From Nitrososphaerales archaeon (lineage in GTDB: Archaea > Thermoproteota > Nitrososphaeria > Nitrososphaerales > UBA213): a stretch of 64,000 nt of DNA. Below the pieces are notes generated by a model. That model saw only the letters and a list, made by a program, of their open reading frames with translations. It searched no databases and was not told where the DNA came from. Positions 1-9,194 of this stretch are shown piece after piece. Within the stretch, counting starts at the first letter, position 1. Every line of letters starts with the position of its first letter. A program made the translations under genes and the position numbers. The stretch covers positions 320,001-384,000 of the forward strand of contig CBDAOC010000020.1 in NCBI GenBank assembly GCA_965197925.1. The letters are read 5' to 3'.

Positions 1-210
1 CCATAGCAAATGGATAAGAGTCTTGAGTCGAAGTCGTATCAATTTTTCATCATTAACTAACACTGCGTTCAGAAAGTCCCGCAATAATTGAATATCAAAT
101 ACATGTTCAAAGTCATCGCGAGCTTTTTGATAATCATGCAATTTCTCTCCATTTATAGAATCAGCAAATAGAATTAGGGCCTTCATAGCATCCGTTAAAT
201 CCTTCAACAC
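1..210 (-). CDS. Partial hypothetical protein running off the left edge, directly downstream of the integrase
   Basis: Manually translated open frame from GTG at 210 (VLKDLTDAMKALILFADSINGEKLHDYQKARDDFEHVFDIQLLRDFLNAVLVND...), abutting the integrase TAG at 211-213. Confidence 0.55.
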   Translation of the reverse strand, partial: MLKDLTDAMKALILFADSINGEKLHDYQKARDDFEHVFDIQLLRDFLNAVLVNDEKLIRLRLKTLIHLLW

Positions 211-1420
211 CTAGATGAAAGTTGACTGATTGTCTAACTTGTAAGATGGATTTCGATCTTCTGCTTGAAGAGCTGACATCTTTGAAGCGAGAAGTGTCGA
301 GTATACGAAGTTCACTCGACTCTCTACAGACTCTAATTTTCTCTTCATCTCCTCAAATTGGGTCTGCCAATTCTTCTCAGCCACAGCAAACTCATGCTTC
401 ACATGCTCAACCTCAGAAATTTGTAACAGAGGAACAGCCTTAAGGTAGTCCTTGAAAAGTTCGTGTTCATTTGGTTTATAATATGAATTACTTACACCAA
501 CCGAGTGACCCATTAGCAGTTCTACGTTTATCGGGCGCATCACTTGCTCTGCCCGAGTCTTGAAGAACTTTCTGAAACCATGGTTAGCTTTAAATTCATG
601 CCTTTTCTGCCCTAGTTCTAACGATCTTCTAATTCCTTGGGCCCATAATGCTCTTTCAACCAACCTTTTGATTCCAGTACTCATTAGCTTCCTTGGATTC
701 ATTGCAAGTCCATGATGTGTATATTCTGCATGCCATAAATCACGCATAACCCAAGAATCTTTTGTTATTCTTTCTCCACACTCTTCACGGTAATCCATCC
801 ATTCTTTTATTGCCTTGTACGCATCGGGAGTAATGAAAGTGATATACTCTTCGGCATCCTCACCATAAACAATTATTTTACCAACTTGAGTAATTCCATT
901 TTCAACCACAGGTGCAATATGCCTCCACTTCAGATAATCCCATGCTCCCAATCGAATGCCAGACGATGCCATCAAGTACACAATAGGTTTTATTCTTCTG
1001 TCTGGATATCCGGTAAGTTTTCTGATTTCTTCACCTGTTGGTGCTCTATCGTTGGATGCCCTTCTCTCCTTAGGCAGACCTTTAGAAATCTTCTTCCAAC
1101 TCAACAGTATATCATACATTTCACAGAACAGTTTTATTGGTTTGTAATAGTTCGGCACTTGATTCTGAAATTTCATTTCTATCGGCACGTTCTTTCTGAT
1201 AAGAAATGAATCTCATTACGGAATAGAAAGCCCAATTTGTATCATCCCTTCCTTTTACTGTAAATTTGTTTAGCTTTTTCCACAAGAGTTCCGTTCAATC
1301 CAATGAAGTCAAAAAACATTTCAAGGCGGCGCTTGTACTTTACTTTAGTCTGCTCACTCTTAATAGCATACAGGAACATTGCAAGAGGTTCTGAAACTGT
1401 TATTGCTAATTTTGCACACC
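211..1420 (-). pseudogene. Tyrosine recombinase/integrase (thaumarchaeal type); catalytic domain open, N-terminal region frameshifted
   Basis: ORF 211-1188 has SGIR, HGFRK, LMGH and YY motifs. The upstream part (EPLAMFLYAIKSEQTKVKYKRRLEMFFDF / WAFYSVMRFISYQKERADRNEIS) lies in other frames, with shifts near 1160 and 1263. Confidence 0.8.
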
Positions 1421-1461
1421 ATATTATACGTAGGGACCCTATTTATGAACCGCTATTGTAG

Positions 1462-1563
1462 TGGACCGGGTGGGATTCGAACCCACGACCTCTCCCATGC
1501 CGAGGGAGTGTCCTACCAGGCTGGACGATTAGACAATCGATAATAACTATCGACTTCCGGCCC
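1462..1563 (-). tRNA. tRNA-Ala(GGC) with a 28-nt insertion (likely intron, 1529-1556) between positions 7 and 8
   Basis: Acceptor stem GGGCCGG/CCGGTCC with G3:U70 and A73; D-stem GTCC/GGAC; anticodon stem CTCCC/GGGAG with loop TCGGCAT; T-arm GTGGG-TTCGAAT-CCCAC. Confidence 0.9.
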
Positions 1564-1839
1564 GTCATTCCGATCCAATTCTAAGCCATATTGGTATGCT
1601 TTATAATGTTTGTCTATATTTCCTGTCCATTGATTCCATCATACTCGTTCAATCAAATGACTGAATGTAACAATTACAATTTTATTATTCATCAAGAAAT
1701 GGAGTTTTCTTCTGATGTTGTAATGGTAAGCTTTGGGCATTTTTCATTCCTTGCATTTTCCGATTGTCCGATACTATAATATCCCATTGTAGGAAATAAT
1801 AACAATGTTGGAATTTGATTATTTATTTCATCTATAGCG

Positions 1840-2298
1840 CTAATGAACTATAAGAACCGGACAGCTAACACGTTCGGCGACCCATCTACTGACACTCCCG
1901 AGTACACTCATCCTTGTGATGCCAGGCAATGCTTTGCTTGCCATTACTATAATATCGATCTTTTCTTTCCTAGTAAACTCAGGTATCTTCTCCAAGGGCA
2001 CGCCATATTCTATCGCATATCTGGCAGAAATTCCTAATTTTTTACATTCTTTTACCTTTTCCACAAACATTTTTTCTATATCCCTTTGCAGTTCTTTTTC
2101 TATCTTTGCGAGATGTTCTTTGATATTTTTCCTTGCGCCTGTCGTTGGTGAAATTCCAAACGGTTTTGTAGGCACAGATAAGACATTCAGTAGAATAAGT
2201 TCGGAATTCAGGTTGTTTGCCAAATATTTGGAATGCCGGTATGCTTTTTCTGATCTAACGGAACCATCGTGAGTGCACAATATCTTGTTGTATTTCAC
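1840..2298 (-). CDS. Universal stress protein (UspA family)
   Basis: YNKILCTHDGS N-terminus, DIIVMAS, LGSVSRWVAERVSCPVLIV. Confidence 0.92.
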   Translation of the reverse strand: MKYNKILCTHDGSVRSEKAYRHSKYLANNLNSELILLNVLSVPTKPFGISPTTGARKNIKEHLAKIEKELQRDIEKMFVEKVKECKKLGISARYAIEYGVPLEKIPEFTRKEKIDIIVMASKALPGITRMSVLGSVSRWVAERVSCPVLIVH

Positions 2299-2383
2299 TG
2301 GAACTTATCTTTCCTAATGTGGTATATAAGCGAATTTCTCATATGTACACACGTTTAAATATAATACAAATGTCGGTAGCGAT

Positions 2384-3310
2384 GTGGGTTTAAGAAGATC
2401 CAAACATAACCCAATCTTGAAGCCTAGTACTACGAATTTCTGGGAATGTAAGGCAGTCTTTAATTGTGCAGTAACCAACCATGATGGCAAAATACACATG
2501 CTTTATCGTGCGATTGGGGAGTATGAACATTACATTTCAAGGCTGGGATATGCGGTAAGTGAAGATGGGATAAATTTCACAAGGTATGATGAACCGGTGA
2601 TGAACCCAACCGTAAGATATGAACTTGGTGGGTGTGAAGATCCCAGAATAAGCAAGATAGAAAATAAGTTATATGTTACCTATGTAGTTCTATCATTTCC
2701 CCAGAAAGAAAAAGGCATCGCAAGAACCGCGTTGGCTTCGACGGAGGATTTCCTTGATTACAATAAACTTGGAATCATTACTCCTCATGATGTTGATGAT
2801 AAGGATGTTGTTATATTTCCTGAGAAGATCAATGGGAAGTACGTGATGATGCATAGACCCAACTGGGTTGGAGAAAAATATGGAACGTCAAACCCCAGTA
2901 TCTGGTTGGCATACTCTGATAATTTGCAGGAATGGTCAGACGATAAGATTTTGATACAGTCTGAACAAAAATGGGAACAAAGAAAGGTTGGAGGTGGATG
3001 TCCCCCGATCAAGACCAAGGAAGGGTGGATGGTCTTTTATCATGGTGTTGATGCGGATTTCAGATATATGGCTGGAGTTATTTTACTGGATATCCAAGAT
3101 CCCTCTATTGTACTGGCGAGATCAAAAAGGCCAGTACTGGAGCCAAGAGAATCATACGAAGTTGTTGGCGACGTTCCTAACGTCGTGTTTCCAACGGGTA
3201 CGGTGATGCTTGATAACAAATTATATGTGTACTATGGAGCTGCTGATAAGGTCATAGGCTTGGCAACAGCTGATTTAGATGATATACTGGATTTGCTTGA
3301 GAAGCCTTGA
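2384..3310 (+). CDS. GH130-family glycosidase/glycoside phosphorylase
   Basis: AVFNCAV, MLYRA, GCEDPR, DKDVVIFPEKINGKYVMMHRP, GDVPNVVFP, YYGAAD motifs. Confidence 0.88.
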   Translation: MGLRRSKHNPILKPSTTNFWECKAVFNCAVTNHDGKIHMLYRAIGEYEHYISRLGYAVSEDGINFTRYDEPVMNPTVRYELGGCEDPRISKIENKLYVTYVVLSFPQKEKGIARTALASTEDFLDYNKLGIITPHDVDDKDVVIFPEKINGKYVMMHRPNWVGEKYGTSNPSIWLAYSDNLQEWSDDKILIQSEQKWEQRKVGGGCPPIKTKEGWMVFYHGVDADFRYMAGVILLDIQDPSIVLARSKRPVLEPRESYEVVGDVPNVVFPTGTVMLDNKLYVYYGAADKVIGLATADLDDILDLLEKP

Positions 3311-3315
3311 AAAAA

Positions 3316-4203
3316 TTAGACCTTAGTCTGCATACAGTTGTCTATTCTCTGATACTTTATGGCTTGCTGAATTATCGCCAAACCTACCTGCTCTCCCATC
3401 TTCGCCAGTTTGGAGACATCGGTAGAATATGAGAGATACGATCTATGACTCTTAGTTCCCAAGAATACTTCCTTTATCTTGTATCCTGCCATAGCAGTTT
3501 CAATCAGTAACCATACATCAACACCCCATCCATCAGGGGGATCCAAAGCAACCAACTTTTTCCATACATCAGACTTTGCAGCTATCTCCCCGCTCAAAGG
3601 CTGCTCATAATGCCATATTTCAGGGAAGAAGGTCCAAAGCAATGGTTTAGCTACCAGTTTAGTTACAGAGGCATCACTGGGGGCCCTAAGATACCAACCT
3701 CTTGACATATCGGAACCCTCTATCATTATAGAATCAACCAGAAGATCTATCCATTCTGGTGTAAGGTTCATTATATCCGCATCTAAGAAAACTATAACAT
3801 CTGGATTTTTGGCAAGTCCAGCTTTTATGCCCTCAACCATAGCAGCGCCTTTACCTGGATGAAGTCTTTCCTGAGGCATTACAACAGTTACGCCGTTTTT
3901 CTTTGCAACGTCCCTAGTTTTGTCACTGGAATGTCCGTCACTAACAACTATTATGGGCTTGTACTTGCTTCGCCTAGCAGTATCAATGCATGCCTTTATT
4001 GTAGTCTGCTCATTCCTAGTTGGAAGAACAACAACAACCTTCGCTGCTGTAGCCTCTTTCATAATTCTCTTGATCTTCTTCTCTCCATTGCCTCCTACAT
4101 CACGAAGTAAGAGCTGTTCATGCCGCATTTTCCTGCCTTCATGTGTCAAGGAAGTAGATTTCTTTACATTTCCTTTTTTCTGCACTTTCTTCTTGCTAGG
4201 CAC
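3316..4203 (-). CDS. GT-A glycosyltransferase, glucosyl-3-phosphoglycerate synthase-like
   Basis: LPTRNE, GKGAAM, FLDAD, QPLSGE, GWGVD motifs. Confidence 0.75.
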   Translation of the reverse strand: MPSKKKVQKKGNVKKSTSLTHEGRKMRHEQLLLRDVGGNGEKKIKRIMKEATAAKVVVVLPTRNEQTTIKACIDTARRSKYKPIIVVSDGHSSDKTRDVAKKNGVTVVMPQERLHPGKGAAMVEGIKAGLAKNPDVIVFLDADIMNLTPEWIDLLVDSIMIEGSDMSRGWYLRAPSDASVTKLVAKPLLWTFFPEIWHYEQPLSGEIAAKSDVWKKLVALDPPDGWGVDVWLLIETAMAGYKIKEVFLGTKSHRSYLSYSTDVSKLAKMGEQVGLAIIQQAIKYQRIDNCMQTKV

Positions 4204-4311
4204 AGGTAAGAGTAAATTCCAGGATTTAATAAATCATGTGTCAGTTAAATTTTAGTTACCACTAGCATTTCAAATACAATTTAATAACACACCCCATTAA
4301 TTATTTTGTAA

Positions 4312-5553
4312 ATGCCAAATATCAATGGCTTTTTTGTTCTGTTATCAACCTCCGATACTCCCAAAATTAATCCTGCGCTGGCAAGAATGAAGTACAGAGC
4401 TTGGAATGGATTTGACGTAAAGAATTTTGGTAAAATATGCGTAGGTGTGTGTTTAACAAATGGTAGGAAATACGATGACATAATTCACGGTGAATTTTAT
4501 GATTCTATAGATTTAAGTAGGGAACCTAAAATACTGGCCGAAGATCTATCTGAAATAGATGGGAGTTATGCTCTAGCCATACCACGTGACGATTCAGTTG
4601 TTTTTGCCAGAGACTTTTTGGGTACCAAACCATTGTACTATGGAAAAGATTCGAATAATTTTTTATTGTCAACAGATCCAAACGCGGTAACAGTATTGGG
4701 TTTCAAAGCAAATTATGTAGCCCCCGGTTTTCTTTACGAAGCATCAATCAAGAGGATAAGACGCATAAAATTTAGTTCTTTACAATATGAAACAAAAAGT
4801 TATGACCAGTTGGAAGCAGTGGAAACTACAACCAGGTTGCTTTCTGATTCTATCAAACGTAGAATTGCGAATAGGAATGTCGTGCTCGGCTTCGGAGGTG
4901 GAATAGACAGCACGTTGATAGCAAAAGTTGCTTCTGGTAGCAAAATGCTTGCAGTTACCGTATGTATGAAGGGCTCCTTGGATCACAAGGTAGGAAAACA
5001 TTCTGCTGAATTACTTGATATCAAACATGAAACTGTGTTGGTCGATGAAACTACAGTGATAAATTCCATCAAGGAACTACAAAAAGTCACCCAATTCAAG
5101 AATGAAATGCATGCTAGCATAGCATCCGTTGTTTATATTTTGGCAAAACATACGAGAGAAAAGAAGTATGATGTACTTATGCTCGGGCAGCTTGCAGATG
5201 AATTGTTTGGTGGATATGCCAGATATCTAAAATATCTTAAGAGTTCTGTGAGAAAAGTCAGGGAAGCAATGTTCGATGATATCAAAAATGCATGCAGGAA
5301 TAACTTGGACAGAGATGAGTTGGCCGCATCATTTCACACTAAGTTATCTCTTCCATACACTGCGGTGGACTTTCTAAAATATGCGATATCAATTCCGTTA
5401 AGAATGAAATTGGACAGGGCGGGAAGAAGAAAGATCATGTTGGTAGAAGTTGCAAAAAATATTGGTGTGCCCCAGAAACTTTTGTCCCGTGAGAAAAAGG
5501 CAATGCAGTTTAGTAGCGGTGTGTACAAAGTAGTTAGTAAATTGAATTTATGA
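4312..5553 (+). CDS. Asparagine synthetase-like protein (degenerate Ntn domain + PP-loop ATPase)
   Basis: ARDFLGTKPLYY, GGGIDS, GQLADELFGGY, REKKAMQ; no N-terminal Cys. Confidence 0.8.
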   Translation: MPNINGFFVLLSTSDTPKINPALARMKYRAWNGFDVKNFGKICVGVCLTNGRKYDDIIHGEFYDSIDLSREPKILAEDLSEIDGSYALAIPRDDSVVFARDFLGTKPLYYGKDSNNFLLSTDPNAVTVLGFKANYVAPGFLYEASIKRIRRIKFSSLQYETKSYDQLEAVETTTRLLSDSIKRRIANRNVVLGFGGGIDSTLIAKVASGSKMLAVTVCMKGSLDHKVGKHSAELLDIKHETVLVDETTVINSIKELQKVTQFKNEMHASIASVVYILAKHTREKKYDVLMLGQLADELFGGYARYLKYLKSSVRKVREAMFDDIKNACRNNLDRDELAASFHTKLSLPYTAVDFLKYAISIPLRMKLDRAGRRKIMLVEVAKNIGVPQKLLSREKKAMQFSSGVYKVVSKLNL

Positions 5554-5588
5554 TCAAGCGTGAACTTATATAAGTAGAACAAGGAGTA

Positions 5589-6416
5589 ATGTTGACTGTG
5601 AGCAAAGGCAAGATCATAGGTGACAGCGATTTGCGTTACCTAGATGGAAAGGGAAATCTCCTAAGGAGCAGAACCGAATTATCTGTAGCAAAGCTTCTGC
5701 AGTACCTTGGTATAGACTATGATTATGATGCCAAACTGTTGTATAATTCAAGCATACGAGTTGATTTTAAGACGAAAATGGGAGCAATCGAAGTTATAGA
5801 CGGTGAGGAGGATTCGGACAAATTGTTACAGATAAAGAAAGACAACAACGAAAGAGTGATAGCTATAGGACAGTCAAAGTATGCGAGCAAGATTGATGAG
5901 ATAGACTCAATCTTCCTGTATGATAAGATGAATTTTCAGACAGGTTCAATCTTCATTGAGGATCCGTCTTTGTCATTCGACTATGCTCATATATTACCCC
6001 TCGTGGAAAAATGTTCCGTCTTACATGGACATACATCAAGCGTAATGGTTGAGATAATTGGAAATATGAACAACAACATGGTAATCGATTTCGGAGAGGC
6101 TAAAAAAATAATAAAATCAACCCTTGGAGCTTTGGATCACAAATTCTTCATAAATAAGAAATACATGATTGGGGAGGATGATGAGCACTACAGGGTTTCT
6201 TTTAAAGGACCGCAAGGACTATTTGATTTGAAAGTTCCAAAGAGCACGACCTACATTCTAAATGGTGAAGCTACGGTGGAAAATCTATCCACGGAGATCA
6301 TATCATTGCTCGTACCCAATATGCCCAACAATGTCGACGCTTTGGGTGTTTACATTTATGAAGGTGTGAGCAAGGGTGCACACATAATTTCAAAGGTCTC
6401 CAAGGATGAACGATAA
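5589..6416 (+). CDS. queD: 6-carboxytetrahydropterin synthase (QueD) with an extra ~115-aa N-terminal domain
   Basis: C-terminal FDYAH...C..LHGH, MVIDFG, LDHKF, TVEN motifs. Confidence 0.82.
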   Translation: MLTVSKGKIIGDSDLRYLDGKGNLLRSRTELSVAKLLQYLGIDYDYDAKLLYNSSIRVDFKTKMGAIEVIDGEEDSDKLLQIKKDNNERVIAIGQSKYASKIDEIDSIFLYDKMNFQTGSIFIEDPSLSFDYAHILPLVEKCSVLHGHTSSVMVEIIGNMNNNMVIDFGEAKKIIKSTLGALDHKFFINKKYMIGEDDEHYRVSFKGPQGLFDLKVPKSTTYILNGEATVENLSTEIISLLVPNMPNNVDALGVYIYEGVSKGAHIISKVSKDER

Positions 6417-7059
6417 GGCAATAGTGCTACTGTCTGGTGGACTTGATTCAGCAACCTGCCTATACTGGGCCAAGAACCAGAAGTATGATGTCTATGCGAT
6501 AACATTCAACTATTTCGACAGGTGGATGAAAGAAATAGAATCGGCAAGACAGCTGAGCAAGAGTGCAAATGCAAAAATGATTGAATTGGATATTCCTTTC
6601 GTCAAGGAAGCCTTCAATGTTCTTGGTTATGAAGGTCAATATGTAAGAGATGGGGATGCTAGATGGCCATTTTACATACCTGCAAAAAACCTGATTTTCT
6701 ATTCAATTGCAGCACATTACGCGGAATACATGAACGCAAAATGGATAGTTGGAGGGCATAATAAGCAAGACACCCAGTTTTACACTGATGCCTCCAAGGA
6801 TTACATAGGTATGTTGAATGGGTTATTGAGGGATGGTTGTATGCTGTGTAACGGTTCTCATTACCAGATCAATACTCCACTTGCGGATCTGGATAGACTC
6901 CAGGTCATCCATTATGCGATGGATATGCGGGTGCCCCTTGAGCTTACATGGAGCTGTCATGTCAAGACTCAAAAACATTGTGGAAAATGTTATGGCTGTA
7001 AATCAAGGATAGCAGCTTTCGAGGCCCTGGGGTTCAAAGACCCTGTTGAGTACGAATGA
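6406..7059 (+). CDS. queC: 7-cyano-7-deazaguanine synthase
   Basis: KAIVLLSGGLDS, YIPAKN, TWSC...HCGKCYGC Zn motif; overlaps queD. Confidence 0.93.
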   Translation: MNDKAIVLLSGGLDSATCLYWAKNQKYDVYAITFNYFDRWMKEIESARQLSKSANAKMIELDIPFVKEAFNVLGYEGQYVRDGDARWPFYIPAKNLIFYSIAAHYAEYMNAKWIVGGHNKQDTQFYTDASKDYIGMLNGLLRDGCMLCNGSHYQINTPLADLDRLQVIHYAMDMRVPLELTWSCHVKTQKHCGKCYGCKSRIAAFEALGFKDPVEYE

Positions 7060-7125
7060 ATTTATTTACGATTATGATGAATTTATGATCCGATAAATGA
7101 ATGAAGTGAGTCAGATGAGTCAGGA

Positions 7126-7788
7126 TTAGGGTTTGAGTTTCTTAAAAATGCCACCTTCAGTACCAACGATACCATGTTCGACTATTGGCCTTTCATTCAA
7201 TGCGTGTTCGATTGCCCTGTTGCTTAATTCCACCGCATGTTCCACCTTCATATCTGAGCTATAATTGTTCTCTATCACATCCAACGCCTTGCCAGAATCC
7301 TGTCCGATTGCAAATGCTTGTCCCTTGAAGAACGTGCCGCTTGGATCAACTTGATAAAGCTGCAAACCTGTTGGATCCGTTCCTGCTAAGAGTATAGATG
7401 CCGCTTGGGGTCTTACTGCGTATATAGTGAAGCCGTGTAAGGTGGTGCTAATATGCTTTGCAAGAGATCCGACATCCATCGGAGTTTCATACACTAACCT
7501 ATGTCTCTGAGCTTCAACCCGTAGCTCATCTATAAGTCTAAGTATGTCACCTATGTATCCTGATCCAGTTGCACCCACATGCTCATCTATTGAAAACACC
7601 TTTTCAGATGGTTCCACTAGAGGTCTGATCGGCTTTATATGACTTGAAAGTAATACGAATTTCTCAGTTTTAATGCCTATGGTGGTTGAGCCTCTACTTA
7701 CAGCTTCCAATGCGCTATCCACTAGGACCAATCTTCCTTGGGGGCCGTAGTAGTATGGATACTTGCCGGGGTTCTGATCCGACATCAT
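7126..7788 (-). CDS. Divergent 20S proteasome alpha-type subunit
   Basis: PQGRL..V..A.EAV.RGSTTIGI, EKVFSID, LYQVDPSG, AFAIG; start overlaps the beta-gene stop (ATGA), preceded by GGAGGT. Confidence 0.85.
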   Translation of the reverse strand: MMSDQNPGKYPYYYGPQGRLVLVDSALEAVSRGSTTIGIKTEKFVLLSSHIKPIRPLVEPSEKVFSIDEHVGATGSGYIGDILRLIDELRVEAQRHRLVYETPMDVGSLAKHISTTLHGFTIYAVRPQAASILLAGTDPTGLQLYQVDPSGTFFKGQAFAIGQDSGKALDVIENNYSSDMKVEHAVELSNRAIEHALNERPIVEHGIVGTEGGIFKKLKP

Positions 7789-8359
7789 CTTACCTCCTTT
7801 GTCAACAACGCAGGGATATCAAGAACATCAACACCATTCCCAGAACCCGGATCTCGTTCAATTGCAGCCAAAACTGCTTTTGATGCAAGTGTCTTCGCTT
7901 CATCAATTGTTATATCCTGATTGTAACCGCTTTCAAGCACTCCATATGCAATTGGAGAACCAGAACCGGATGACGCGTAGTCTTCTTCTGTTATCGTTCC
8001 ACTCATATCTGCTGAATAAACATGAGGCCCTAGCGAATCAACACCAGCAACCAGGAGCTCAACGAAGTATGGTGAATAGTTCTTCAATCCTGAATATGCT
8101 AGATTTGCAATCAGTCTGGACGATTCCCTTACAGTCACTCTATAGCCTCGTCTTAACTCCACAAGCTTGCGTTCCGCCTTTACCATCTTTCATATATTCT
8201 GCATCGGACAACTGTCCAGCAATGGCCATCGCAAGTTTATCATCAATCTTTGTAGGTTTTCTGTGTTATCTTTGAACCTATAAAGAATCCCTTACTTGCC
8301 CTCCTATCTGAAGCAAGTACAACTCCTTCCTTACTCTTCATTGCAACTATTGTTGTCAT
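7785..8359 (-). pseudogene. 20S proteasome beta-type subunit without propeptide, interrupted by two frameshifts (~8258 and ~8190)
   Basis: ATG at 8359 gives M-TTIVAMKSKEGVVLASDRRASKGFFIGSKITQK (T1/D17/K33), then KIDDKLAMAIAGQLSDAEY in a second frame, then ORF 7785-8186 with SGSG and RDPGSG. Confidence 0.85.
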
Positions 8360-8416
8360 TACCAATAATATGGATGCGTAGTATTAGTTGACTATGGATT
8401 GCTTGAATTGGTCACA

Positions 8417-9102
8417 TCAGTTTTCTAATCTATAGTTTGAAAATGTGTAAGGGAGTACACTTCCGAACTTGGTGCTCAAAAGTTTTGTTACAAGCTCAAA
8501 TATTTTATGCGCACAGACCATAGCTTCTACTTTATACTTTTCATCAATAGCATTGGTTTCTATAATTATGTAATTGCTTATGATACGTAGGTTAGCTGAA
8601 ATGAACCATCTTCACTCTTCCACTGCAACATATGACCCATTTCACCCTCTAGTATCCCTAACCAGCGTAAGTTTTTGAACCACCTGCCAGCTAGAGTGTA
8701 GATTACGCCATTAACATCGATACTTGATGGTATGTATGTTTGCAGAAGAGGAATGTAAGAATCAGTTGAACTACCAACATTTCTTTTAGTTTGAATGCCA
8801 CCTTTCCTACTCAGTTTGTAGCCTAACTTTGATTTCTCTATGAGGCCTAAATCGTCGAGTCTCTGAAGTGAACGTGACAAACTTTCCTGATGCATTTCAA
8901 GCTTTCTCATCATACCCCTAAAGGAGTAGCTTGAACCGTCTTCTCTCAAGATCCCGAGAACTTTGTGATCATTGGGTCTTACATCATCATTTTCAACAAA
9001 GGCGGTGTCTTGTTCAACATTTGATGAGATAAATGCACCATTATCTAAATACGTATCCTTACTTCCTTGTTGGTTTGCAAGGCCTTCTGATTCGTTTACC
9101 AT
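8417..9102 (-). pseudogene. Winged helix-turn-helix protein, frameshifted near 8590
   Basis: YSFRGMMRKLEMHQESLSRSLQRL..LGLIEK..GYKLS wHTH; the C-terminus (NLRIISNYIIIETNA...YRLEN*) continues in another frame to TGA at 8417. Confidence 0.7.
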
Positions 9103-9194
9103 CGTGTGTCAAATTTATCAATAAAACGTGATATAAATCAAGCCGGGATTGCAGATATTTATAACAGGAACATCATGCTTTCCAATCATATATT

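Noticed and set aside
8186..8260. Programmed frameshifting in the proteasome beta gene
   Set aside because: Two separate shifts would be needed and no slippery heptamer or stimulatory structure is evident; decay or assembly error is simpler
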